Assembly (NCBI GenBank): GCA_046350795.1
Contig: JAXLZT010000002.1
Location: forward strand, 24,293 to 88,292
Direction of reading: 5' to 3'
DNA length: 64,000 nucleotides
Source: Minisyncoccota bacterium
GTDB taxonomy: Bacteria; Patescibacteriota; Minisyncoccia; Phycocordibacterales; CALRHW01
Shown: one piece after another, positions 55,601 through 62,600 of the stretch
Layout: every line of letters starts with the position of its first letter
How positions within the stretch are numbered: the first letter of the stretch is position 1
Translations under genes and position numbers: made by a program
The notes under the pieces: generated by a model
Databases searched by the model: none
Told to the model about the DNA's origin: nothing
The model's input: only the letters and a program-made list of their open reading frames with translations

Positions 55601-56316
55601 ACTCGTACGCTAGAAACAATCCGCTTGTATACACAGATCCAGATGGAGAGTTTGCACAGATTATCGCGGGTGTAGCAATTGGTGCCGCAGTGGGAGGTGT
55701 TATTGGAGGAACTGTATCAGCAATATCAGGAAATAGTTTCTGGTCGGGTGCAAAGTATGGAGCTATATCTGGAGCTACCGCAGGTCTCGTTATCTCTACT
55801 GCTGGTATGGGAGCGGCCGCTCTAGGTCTTACTTCATCAGAGGCCATAATCGGAGGATCTGCCGTTGGAAATGCATTAGGAAACGTGGCTGCTCGTGCCG
55901 CTGATGGACAATCTACTACTCCTGGCGATGTGGGAATGGATCTTGTAACTGGTGGAGCGGCTGGCATATTGAATGTGGGATATCTTAAAACACAAGGAGT
56001 TATTGGTAAAAATGGAAATTATATACCGACCATGTCAGCAAAAGATCTGCCGGCAGAGGCAAAAGCATTACTGGGTGAATACAACTCAAATGGTTGGTCT
56101 AAGGCACAAAGTGGACCAACTGGTGATCCACACACCTGGCAAAATCACGCTGGCGAACTTCCTTCTAGGGCAACAATATTTGACGCACAGTACAGTACGG
56201 GGCGGAGTCGAGGTTTAGAAAGGTTTGCGAATACTGGAAATAATGTTTATTATTCAAATACGCATTATGGTCAAGTCCCTAGAGGATCAAATCCATTCTT
56301 TAAATTAAAAAAATAG
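49654..56316 (+). CDS. Secreted RHS/YD-repeat polymorphic toxin: SpvB/TcB-like N-domain, seven FG-GAP-like repeats, RHS core, C-terminal RNase N1/T1/barnase-like domain
   Basis: PAGRNGLTPSLDLTYNS; seven D(V/I)N(G/N)D repeats; FTGFSKV; HTDHL, FTGHEYD, ARY, NNPLVYTDPDG; WQNHAGELP...RGLERF...YYSNTHY. Confidence 0.9.
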   Translation: MKNLLFIGARGQKHSLLSRFFIKSTAGLLIFLFAFPVGVVWGEDHSIDKNHNRSAEKTDTIKPSDPEKHDVGVVPTISEVAPSHRSKKDSRDESDKEVVPQLLLDEDANNIVENPSSIKSLLPDVDTFSGSLVYKYPIVLPAGRNGLTPSLDLTYNSGLSLNNSISGYNWSLSIPFIERINRKGADKLYSRNDFVSSLSGELVAENGTTKYTAKVDEGSFLDYTFTNDTWTAVDKQGTKYTFGSTTQSRLNNASNASETYRWMVEEIRDKNDNFIRFEYEKDSNQIYPSNIFYTGYGSTDGIFEVNFNYENREDETNSFASRFEMVTSRRLENIEININGVLSKKYSLAYIAGHNTVRSLLKSITVSAGTTTLPATEFEYQTIPKKLEFKPDVFQSPSFYRPSTSDYAFIELKESPESTNRLVDVNGDGLLDFIRTSNSENSDGIVHDINNDLPRVFLNTGHSWEFNPDKYQLPSYYRPSTNDYKYMVLNDVNKLIDVNGDNLPDFIHTSDVADADGVITNNNDGFPRVYLNTGNGWEFNPDKYQLPSYYRPSTNDYFFFQTKEEEHDVTQIIDVNGDGLPDFVRTSDDEDADGVVLNNNNSAPRVYLNTGNGWEFNPNKYQLPVYYRPSTNDYYFMALKSVPGSTNRLIDVNGDGLVDFLRTNDTEDADGVVLNNNGDAPRVYLNTGNGWEFNPDHYQLPVYYRPPTNDYHFMALKEFTQLADVNGDGLPDFVRTDDGEHATGVITNLNGDGPRVYLNTGNGWKFDPDLYQWPAFYKPATNNYEWRALKTSNQLIDINGDNLLDFVRTSAGEDADGLILNNNGDGSRVYINTGKGWEFNPDLYQLPSYYRPSTSDYYFMQLSYYSKFADINNDGLQDFIKTTSEFDSDGLILNNLNDGARVYQNVGETADYLAAVIFPEGGEAHFDYQLEIINGRNPSSPYYSQNVSVLKDIVIDDGLGNLATSTYKYKDGEYFYHNDPFKQFTGFSKVEKTDALGNLTKSYFHQGNASATSTGEYDDHISKMGKMYRTEQYDANGNLFSKTINKWDHFDTLTAAGATSTFVKLVDTVEFAYDGDSDHREKAESYAYDNTNGNLSQKISWGEVNGNNDGTFSDTGSDKTTTSMTYATSSTTSVLPSSFLPSRELVVDQYGAVVRDTKSYYDNLSFGLIDKGNLTKQEMLKSGSSYIDVEKIYNSYGLVTQEKDPRDKATSYSYDPFNLYPATTTNPIGQTTNALYDYSSGKPKQITDANGWVFQIIYDGLGRIIEEKQPDTVSPATLVTKSSYVYEDDTFPTSVMKTDYLNGLSTSSSTVDSYKYFDGLGRVIQERRRAEDSNTYSVKDTQYGLTGQKSRESLPYFSTGSARTSATGTNSLWNNFTYDALGRIKTIANSVGTITNTYDDWKLTVTDANGKSKDLYKDARGNLVQVDEHNSGDTYSTYYEWNPLGNLTKITDALGNIRNFTYDKLGRRLTAEDLHYSGDGNFSTWTYTYDDAGNTTSVVDGKGQTVNHTYDDINRALTEDFTGEKGTEITYGYDICSNGKGKICFATSTDALAGRTVVSYTYDALGRTSSEAKNIAGTTYQTNNEYDRLGNQTLVTTPDGAQIKYEYNSGGMVEKIARKGAGAGSFVNVVEDFDYSPEGKIVYQNNHNETATTNTYDASHLYRLTDKFTDGPAWGITNVLQDLHYTYDNVGNITQLSDTSETNNSKTIVYTYDDLSRLTMASSTAVGDGPAYKETYTYNAIGNILTKSDLGTYLYSGATSTTLFTNPHAVTSVNGTAYTYDRNGNTTQAGTATSSWNYRNQMISMKVGATTTTYVYDHTGDRVKYTNKLSTIVYPNKLYNIEIPVGTSTMATTTASHIFLGDTMIATVEKVGTTTEAIHYIHTDHLSGANISTDKDGLVTEITDFYPYGDQRLNKSYNGNFKEQRKFTGHEYDEDTGLNYMGARYQNGNIGRFMSEDPAFLKFDPNTSEGKMMLMDPQHQNSYSYARNNPLVYTDPDGEFAQIIAGVAIGAAVGGVIGGTVSAISGNSFWSGAKYGAISGATAGLVISTAGMGAAALGLTSSEAIIGGSAVGNALGNVAARAADGQSTTPGDVGMDLVTGGAAGILNVGYLKTQGVIGKNGNYIPTMSAKDLPAEAKALLGEYNSNGWSKAQSGPTGDPHTWQNHAGELPSRATIFDAQYSTGRSRGLERFANTGNNVYYSNTHYGQVPRGSNPFFKLKK
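50820..52370 (+). repeat. Seven ~75-80 aa FG-GAP/VCBS-like repeats
   Basis: RVYLNTGNGWEFNPDxYQLPxYYRPSTNDY...DVNGDGLPDF units. Confidence 0.9.
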
Positions 56317-56334
56317 TCAGGTAATATAAAAAAT

Positions 56335-56691
56335 ATGAAAGAATTCAAATTTGATTTCGTCGGTAAAAAAACAGAAAATGATTTTGCTGAACATTTCTAT
56401 AGATCTTTGAACGAATTAACAGGTCTGCCTCTTCTTGTTTTGCCCAGCATTCATCCCGATGGTCTATATGACGATTTGTTCGGATTTCTATCCAGTAAAG
56501 AATTTATAGGTAAGTTTGGAAAAGATATTTACTTTGTTCTTCAAAATACAAATGAGCTAAAACAAGAAGAACCAAAAGTATTAGAAAATACACTGTTGGC
56601 TCTTGAGGAAACAAAAAAAGAATTGAAAGAAAACCAATATCTAAAAAAAGATGAGAAAACTATAAATTTCAACTATTCTATAGAGAACTAA
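56335..56691 (+). CDS. Putative barstar-like immunity protein
   Basis: Immediately follows the RNase tip; FDF..K.TENDF..HF...PDGLYDDL resembles the barstar NLDALWD region. Confidence 0.6.
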   Translation: MKEFKFDFVGKKTENDFAEHFYRSLNELTGLPLLVLPSIHPDGLYDDLFGFLSSKEFIGKFGKDIYFVLQNTNELKQEEPKVLENTLLALEETKKELKENQYLKKDEKTINFNYSIEN

Positions 56692-56710
56692 TAATCAAAG
56701 ACATCTAAGA

Positions 56711-56746
56711 CAACCAAAAACAGCACTTGAGTGCTGTTTTTGGTTG
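56711..56746. terminator. Bidirectional-type terminator, copy 1
   Basis: caaccaaaaacagcac-ttga-gtgctgtttttggttg. Confidence 0.8.
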
Positions 56747-56835
56747 GACGCTTATTTGGTCGAGCCTATTAGAGATAATTGCAAAAGATGTTAAAATTGA
56801 AGCAATAAATTAAAGAGCTTTAACGTAATTTCTTT

Positions 56836-57048
56836 ATGAAAAAACTTCCCTTAGCATTGATTCCATTTGCATTGATTGTGATAGTAATGCTTGTGTTTGC
56901 ACTAATTATTCCTCAAGGAGGGGATCTAATTTCTGCTTCCGGAGACGGTGTGCTTGGTGGTATCTTGAGTATGGCATTTATCGCTTGTGCAGTTATCGAT
57001 ATTAAAAGATATAGAGAAAGAAAAAGGAACTCAATCAGTAACAGCTAA
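56836..57048 (+). CDS. Small two-TM membrane protein
   Basis: 70 aa, two hydrophobic helices, basic tail. Confidence 0.65.
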   Translation: MKKLPLALIPFALIVIVMLVFALIIPQGGDLISASGDGVLGGILSMAFIACAVIDIKRYRERKRNSISNS

Positions 57049-57054
57049 ATGCTT

Positions 57055-57091
57055 CAAATCAAAAACAGCACCAAGTGCTGTTTTTGATTTG
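57055..57091. terminator. Bidirectional-type terminator, copy 2
   Basis: caaatcaaaaacagcac-caa-gtgctgtttttgatttg. Confidence 0.8.
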
Positions 57092-57201
57092 TCATTATAG
57101 TGGTTTAAGTCCGCCTGTATGGGACAGTCGCCCACGTCTAACCAACGCGGGCTTCTTTTTTAATGTATAATGTCAAACAAGTTATTGTTTTAATCATAAA
57201 A

Positions 57202-57636
57202 ATGACCAACCACACACAACAATCAAACATAAATACTATTTTAGAAATTCTCAAAAATGAGATTGAGGGGGACGTGAATGCTGCGCTTGAAAAAATGACC
57301 GATGATTACTCGATGACGTGGGTATACAAACGGCGTGATGGTGTATTGTTCCCATCTGTTTTGGCACAGGATGTGCGCGCCGCTATGAAGGATGTGTATG
57401 TGATAAAAGGTCGTCAATACGATATCAAGCACATTGTCTCCGGCGGAGATGTGGTCATGGCGGAACTTGTTGAAAGTTATCCCGATGAGAAAGATGCTTC
57501 TGTTGTGTATCGAACCCCAATGGTTATTGTGTGGGAATTTAAGGATCAGAAAATCCGTGCTGGACGTCACTATTGTGATCCACAGCTTTCTTATGAAAAC
57601 CTGACAGAGGAGCAGGTGAGGGGGTTGTTTAAGTAG
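57202..57636 (+). CDS. NTF2/SnoaL-like protein
   Basis: GDVNAALEKMTDD...GDVVMAE...VWEFKDQKI...RHYCD. Confidence 0.8.
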   Translation: MTNHTQQSNINTILEILKNEIEGDVNAALEKMTDDYSMTWVYKRRDGVLFPSVLAQDVRAAMKDVYVIKGRQYDIKHIVSGGDVVMAELVESYPDEKDASVVYRTPMVIVWEFKDQKIRAGRHYCDPQLSYENLTEEQVRGLFK

Positions 57637-57777
57637 GTTATTGATTTTCCCTGAGTGAGTAGGGGGTGCAAGCAGATTAGAGATGATAAGGTTTTTTTAA
57701 TTTGTCTTTCCGGATTTTTATCTGTTTACAAGTCGGGTAGATAATAAAATATTTTTTTAATATAATCTAACTTATAT

Positions 57778-58170
57778 ATGTCAAATCATTTCGGTGAACA
57801 CCTCACTTTAGATGGATATGGTGGCGAAGAAAGACTCTTGGACAGTCAAGAAACAGTTTTACGTGCTCTAAACGAACTTGTTGATCTTTTGGGTATGAAG
57901 ATACTTGCTGAGCCACAGGTTTATTTTGCCGAATCAAATGAAATAAAAGACCCTGGAGGATGGACTGGAGTCGTGGTGATTATGGAAAGTCACATTAGTA
58001 TACACACCTTTCCAAAGAGAGGATTTGTAAGTGCTGACGTTTATACTTGTCAAAATGGTTTAAACACGGATTTGATAATTTCCTATTTTAAAAAAGCTTT
58101 CAATCTGAAAGATGTCGAAACGAATTTTATAAAAAGAGGGATAAAGTATCCAGGTCAGAACATTTACTGA
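57778..58170 (+). CDS. speD: Pyruvoyl-dependent decarboxylase, S-adenosylmethionine decarboxylase (SpeD/SpeH) family
   Basis: GEHLTLD, ESHISIHTFP (autocleavage E-S), DVYTC. Confidence 0.85.
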   Translation: MSNHFGEHLTLDGYGGEERLLDSQETVLRALNELVDLLGMKILAEPQVYFAESNEIKDPGGWTGVVVIMESHISIHTFPKRGFVSADVYTCQNGLNTDLIISYFKKAFNLKDVETNFIKRGIKYPGQNIY

Positions 58171-58184
58171 TATAATTTATAAGT

Positions 58185-58406
58185 ATGATAAACACAGAAA
58201 ATAAATCTATTATTTTAAATTGGGTCGTCATCTTGATTGTATTGTTGAGTCTTATCTTTACTTACTATCGTAGTTTTATATCGAAAGACTATGAAATTAT
58301 ACCAATTGAAGATAATGAAGATTCTGTTTTAGAAGAGGGAGTGCAGACAGGAGATGTAGAAGAAACTGTTGGAGATGATTTAAGCGTTGACCAAGTCTTT
58401 GAGTAA
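58185..58406 (+). CDS. Small single-TM protein with acidic tail
   Basis: TM helix + YYRSFISKDY + D/E-rich tail; TATAAT 8 nt upstream. Confidence 0.6.
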   Translation: MINTENKSIILNWVVILIVLLSLIFTYYRSFISKDYEIIPIEDNEDSVLEEGVQTGDVEETVGDDLSVDQVFE

Positions 58407-59447
58407 GTACCCTTTCTTTTTTGTAAAAATTTTACTCCAGCCCCAACTCTTTCTCTTTTTCCAGTTTTTATTGTGATAAAGATAACTTGCCATAAGCGGA
58501 AGGGCAGCAGTAGCTTCGGCAAAAACCATTTGTTCGTATTCATGGTGTACCTTACCCCATGAACCAGCTTCTTTCAGTGTTGAGCTAGAGCAAGCCCCAT
58601 CTCGCACATCGGCTACGCTTATTTGAATAGCGTACTTATGCATTGGGACATCATGTCCCAGTATTTCTGCACACACCACCGTATCTTGTGCGAAATTTTT
58701 TGGAGTGCCTCCTCCGATAATGACAACACCACTAGTTTTTGCTTCTATTTTGATTTGTGTTAGTTCATGGAAATCTTTTACAGAATCTATTGAAAGGTGT
58801 TTTTCTGGATTCTTTACTTGATGTAGTACGAGACCAAATCCAGCACTACTGTCAGAAAAGGCTGGGCAGAATATTGGAACATTGTGTTCGTATGCTGCTT
58901 GAACAAGAGAATTTTTCTTTACAGATTTTTTTGATAGATATTTTCCCATTTCCCATATGAACTCTCTTGATGAGTATGGTCGTCTTTCTAGAGAGTCAGC
59001 AATTTCAGCTATGGCAGCGTCACATTTTTGTAGATCGTCTTCGTCTATGTATGTATCATAGATACGATCTATATAATGACCTCGTAGAAGTCGGTCATCG
59101 ATATGAGGAGTACCTTGGTAGTGTTTAAAACCAAGTGCTTCGAAAAAATCCATATCGACAATGCTTGCGCCAGTGGCAACTATCACATCAACCATGTTAT
59201 TTTTTACTAAATCAGTATATATATCCATGCAACCACCAGCACTTGTACTTCCAGCCAAGGTTAGAATAATAGTACAATCCTTATCTTTCAGCATGTTGTC
59301 ATAGATTTTTGTTGCATTTGCTAGATCTCGAGAGGTGAAAGACATTTTTGACATGGCTTCTATTAGATCTCGAGTATCAATCTTTTTAATATCTATATGT
59401 TCAACAGTCTTGGAAAGCAGCTGTTTTTTTGTTGGTTTTTGTGGCAT
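58380..59447 (-). CDS. Deoxyhypusine synthase-like NAD-dependent aminobutyl transferase
   Basis: IDRIYDT, PAFSDSS, GGGTPKN, DGACSS...EAGSWGK (catalytic Lys). Confidence 0.9.
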   Translation of the reverse strand: MPQKPTKKQLLSKTVEHIDIKKIDTRDLIEAMSKMSFTSRDLANATKIYDNMLKDKDCTIILTLAGSTSAGGCMDIYTDLVKNNMVDVIVATGASIVDMDFFEALGFKHYQGTPHIDDRLLRGHYIDRIYDTYIDEDDLQKCDAAIAEIADSLERRPYSSREFIWEMGKYLSKKSVKKNSLVQAAYEHNVPIFCPAFSDSSAGFGLVLHQVKNPEKHLSIDSVKDFHELTQIKIEAKTSGVVIIGGGTPKNFAQDTVVCAEILGHDVPMHKYAIQISVADVRDGACSSSTLKEAGSWGKVHHEYEQMVFAEATAALPLMASYLYHNKNWKKRKSWGWSKIFTKKKGYLLKDLVNA

Positions 59448-59519
59448 AGTTATATTTGTAGGTATTAAATTGGTCTTTTTGATAATACCACTTAAGTTTG
59501 TTTTTAGCAAGGATTTGTA

Positions 59520-60023
59520 ATGAATATTAAATCTATTTTGGGACGGGTTTTAAATTGGGTAACTGGTGGAACAGCTTACTATGTTTTTGTTTGGCTTTAT
59601 GATTATTTTGTCTTCTCGTATGTTATTTGGAGGTTCGGTGCTATTTGGGGTGGTTTGACTATGATTTTTGTAACTTTTCTTGTGGATGTGTTGACCATGA
59701 AGTTTTATGACTGGTCTAAGAGAGACTGGCTTGCTATTGAGACGATAAAAGACTTAGGGGAAACTAATAACTGGTTTGGAAGGTTGTTTAGGTGGTTAAA
59801 TGATAGAGGTTTTTTGCTTATTGTGGTTTTTTTGTCTTTAAAATTTAATCCATTCATTGTTACTGCCTATTTAAGAAGGGGATCCCATAAGTATAATGGT
59901 TTAAGCAAGAGGGATTGGTTTATTTTTTGCGGTAGTTCGATGCTAGGTGGAATTTATTGGATTATTGTTATTGCTACTGGAGTCTCTTTAGTGCAATATA
60001 TAAGAGATATTCTTGTGTTATAA
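59520..60023 (+). CDS. Hypothetical membrane protein
   Basis: About four TM helices, Trp-rich. Confidence 0.7.
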   Translation: MNIKSILGRVLNWVTGGTAYYVFVWLYDYFVFSYVIWRFGAIWGGLTMIFVTFLVDVLTMKFYDWSKRDWLAIETIKDLGETNNWFGRLFRWLNDRGFLLIVVFLSLKFNPFIVTAYLRRGSHKYNGLSKRDWFIFCGSSMLGGIYWIIVIATGVSLVQYIRDILVL

Positions 60024-60037
60024 AATCATTTATAAAT

Positions 60038-60874
60038 ATGCCAGAAGAAGCCTTTAGTTCAGTAGATTTAGTCGCTCAATGTTTAATTGATGAACCACGT
60101 TCATTAGCTTTTGAGGCTGCAATAAAAGAAGTAGTTAAACCGAATCATAAAGTAATTGATTTAGGCACTGGCTCTGGCCTTATGGCTATGTTTGCTGCCC
60201 GCGCTGGCGCATTAGATGTTAAGGCTTTAGAATTCGATCCTTTTATTGCTAAAGTAGCTAATCAAAACATTTCCACAAATGGTTTTTCTGAAAAAATTGA
60301 GCTGTGGCTTGGGGACGCTCGAAGTTTTGATTTTCCTGAAGGAGTTAATTTTGATGTGGTGATAATGGAGATGCTTACCACTGCTATGGTAGACGAGTTT
60401 CAGGTTCAAGCTGCAAACAACCTGCAAGATAGAAAGGTTGTGTCAGAAAAGACAGTGTTTATTCCCAAATCACAGCAGACTTTTGTAGAATTGGTAAATA
60501 AAAATTTTGAAATATATGGCTTTGTTTTTAAAATGGTTAAGCATTTGTGGAATAATCTTTCAGAAAATCAAAAATATGAAGTTTTAAGTGAAAAGTCCTT
60601 ACTCAATGACATACACTTCAACAGAAAGAATGATGAATATTTCGATAAAGTCATAGAGGTTAAATCAGTAAAAGCGGGAGAAGTGAATGCCGTCAGACTT
60701 TCCAGTCGAGCGTTTTTAACAGATAAAATAATACTTGATGATACTGAGACGTTTAATGCGCCAGTTATTATTCCTATAAAAGAGACAAAAATAGAAGCTG
60801 ATGCTGTAATTAAACTCAGAGTTCGGTATCGTTTTGGTTTTGGGTATCAACACCTTTCTGCTGAAATTTTGTAA
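60038..60874 (+). CDS. Class I SAM-dependent methyltransferase, PRMT-like
   Basis: CLIDEPR...VIDLGTGSGLMAMFAARAGA...DVVIMEMLTTAMVDE. Confidence 0.8.
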   Translation: MPEEAFSSVDLVAQCLIDEPRSLAFEAAIKEVVKPNHKVIDLGTGSGLMAMFAARAGALDVKALEFDPFIAKVANQNISTNGFSEKIELWLGDARSFDFPEGVNFDVVIMEMLTTAMVDEFQVQAANNLQDRKVVSEKTVFIPKSQQTFVELVNKNFEIYGFVFKMVKHLWNNLSENQKYEVLSEKSLLNDIHFNRKNDEYFDKVIEVKSVKAGEVNAVRLSSRAFLTDKIILDDTETFNAPVIIPIKETKIEADAVIKLRVRYRFGFGYQHLSAEIL

Positions 60875-60897
60875 TTATCTGTAGTATAATTTAATTT

Positions 60898-62577
60898 ATG
60901 TCAGAGTTTTTATGCCCATGGGAGGCAGCCCAATATTTTATATATTCAAGTAATGTACCTACACTTTTGTATTATTCTCACATTCCGTCGATAATTGCTG
61001 CACTCGCTATTGTTCTTCTTGTACTTCCCAAAACAAAAAGAACACTTGTAACCAAGTTGTTATCTATAATGTTTTTTGTGTTTATCGCTTGGTCTATAAG
61101 TGATTTAATTTTGTGGGCAACGAATCGTGCTGATGTTACCGTGTTCTTTTGGTCGACTCAGATATTGTTGGAGGTTTTGGTATATGCACTGGCATTTTAT
61201 GTTAGCTACGTGTTTATTTTTAATGAGGACCTGAGTTTCCGTAATAAATTTTTGTTAACCATGCCTATCGCAGTGTTTTCATTATTAATTCCAACAAATT
61301 TTACCATTACGGGCGTTGAGCTTGGAACATGTTATGCAATTGAAAATCCAGTAATAATTTTTTTGAGTTATATTTTTGAGGCTTTTTTCATTATAGCAAT
61401 TGCTATAATGTCCCTAAGAGGTTATCGCACGGTTGCTCAGAATAAGAAGAAACAGATAATCGGTTATTCTTTGGGAATAATAGTTTTTCTTCTGGCACTA
61501 ACCTACGGTAATATGATCGGTAGTTTTTCAGATGATTGGGTTGTAGCACAGTATGGTTTGTTCGGTATGCCTGTATTCATTGCTTTTCTTACTTACACAA
61601 TTGTCAAATTTAGACTTTTTGCTGTAAAGCTTCTTGGAGCACAGGCATTAGTCGTTACTCTTTGGGTTCTGATTGGATCCATGTTGTTGGTTGTCCAGAG
61701 TACTGCTTCTAGATCCATTGTTGTTTTTACTCTCGTTCTGTCTTTTATGTTTGGTATCTTTTTAATCCGCAGTGTCAAAAAAGAAGTCACACAACGCGAA
61801 CAAATCGAAAAACTAGCCGTAGATCTGCGACACACCAATAGCAACCTCGAGCACGCCAACGATCGGCTAAAAGAACTCGATAAACAAAAAACAGAATTCG
61901 TGTCTTTTGCTACGCATCAGCTACGCAGTCCTCTCACCGCAATGAAGGGTTATTCTTCGCTAATTTTGGAGGGTGACTACGGTGAAATAAGTCCAGACCT
62001 GCGTGACGCTGTGCAAAAAATTCATGAGTCTACCAACACACTTACAAACGTTGTTAATGACTACCTAAACATTTCTCGCATAGAGCTTGGTACAATGAAA
62101 TATGATTTTAAGTCACTTGATCTAAAAGATGTTGTGAGAGAGGTGGTGGGTGAGTTACAGCCAAATATGGACAAAGCGGGAATAAAGTTTTCATTTGAAG
62201 TGGATGCGCGTGCAAAATATCTAGTAAAAATTGATATTGATAAGTTCAAGCAGGTCCTTGCAAATATTATAGACAACTCTATAAAGTACACACCATCTGG
62301 ATCTATTGTTGTTTCTGTAAAAAAAGATACATCAAAAAATACCATTACTTTTGCAGTAAAAGATACTGGTATCGGTATGGCAGAAGGTGTGATACCAAAA
62401 CTTTTTGCAAAGTTTAGCCGAGCTGAGAATGCAAACAAAGTAAATATCCGTGGCACAGGACTCGGTCTCTTTGTTGCAAAGGAAATAGTAAAAGCTCACG
62501 GCGGAAAAGTCTGGGCGGAGTCAGAAGGCGAGGGTAAAGGCTCACAGTTTTACGTAGAGTTGCCAGCAGAGAAGTAG
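60898..62577 (+). CDS. Sensor histidine kinase with multi-TM (7TM-like) N-terminus
   Basis: THQLRSPL, NSIKYT, DTGIG, GTGLGL. Confidence 0.93.
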   Translation: MSEFLCPWEAAQYFIYSSNVPTLLYYSHIPSIIAALAIVLLVLPKTKRTLVTKLLSIMFFVFIAWSISDLILWATNRADVTVFFWSTQILLEVLVYALAFYVSYVFIFNEDLSFRNKFLLTMPIAVFSLLIPTNFTITGVELGTCYAIENPVIIFLSYIFEAFFIIAIAIMSLRGYRTVAQNKKKQIIGYSLGIIVFLLALTYGNMIGSFSDDWVVAQYGLFGMPVFIAFLTYTIVKFRLFAVKLLGAQALVVTLWVLIGSMLLVVQSTASRSIVVFTLVLSFMFGIFLIRSVKKEVTQREQIEKLAVDLRHTNSNLEHANDRLKELDKQKTEFVSFATHQLRSPLTAMKGYSSLILEGDYGEISPDLRDAVQKIHESTNTLTNVVNDYLNISRIELGTMKYDFKSLDLKDVVREVVGELQPNMDKAGIKFSFEVDARAKYLVKIDIDKFKQVLANIIDNSIKYTPSGSIVVSVKKDTSKNTITFAVKDTGIGMAEGVIPKLFAKFSRAENANKVNIRGTGLGLFVAKEIVKAHGGKVWAESEGEGKGSQFYVELPAEK

Positions 62578-62600
62578 TGCGTGTATAATGTTAGTCTTAT

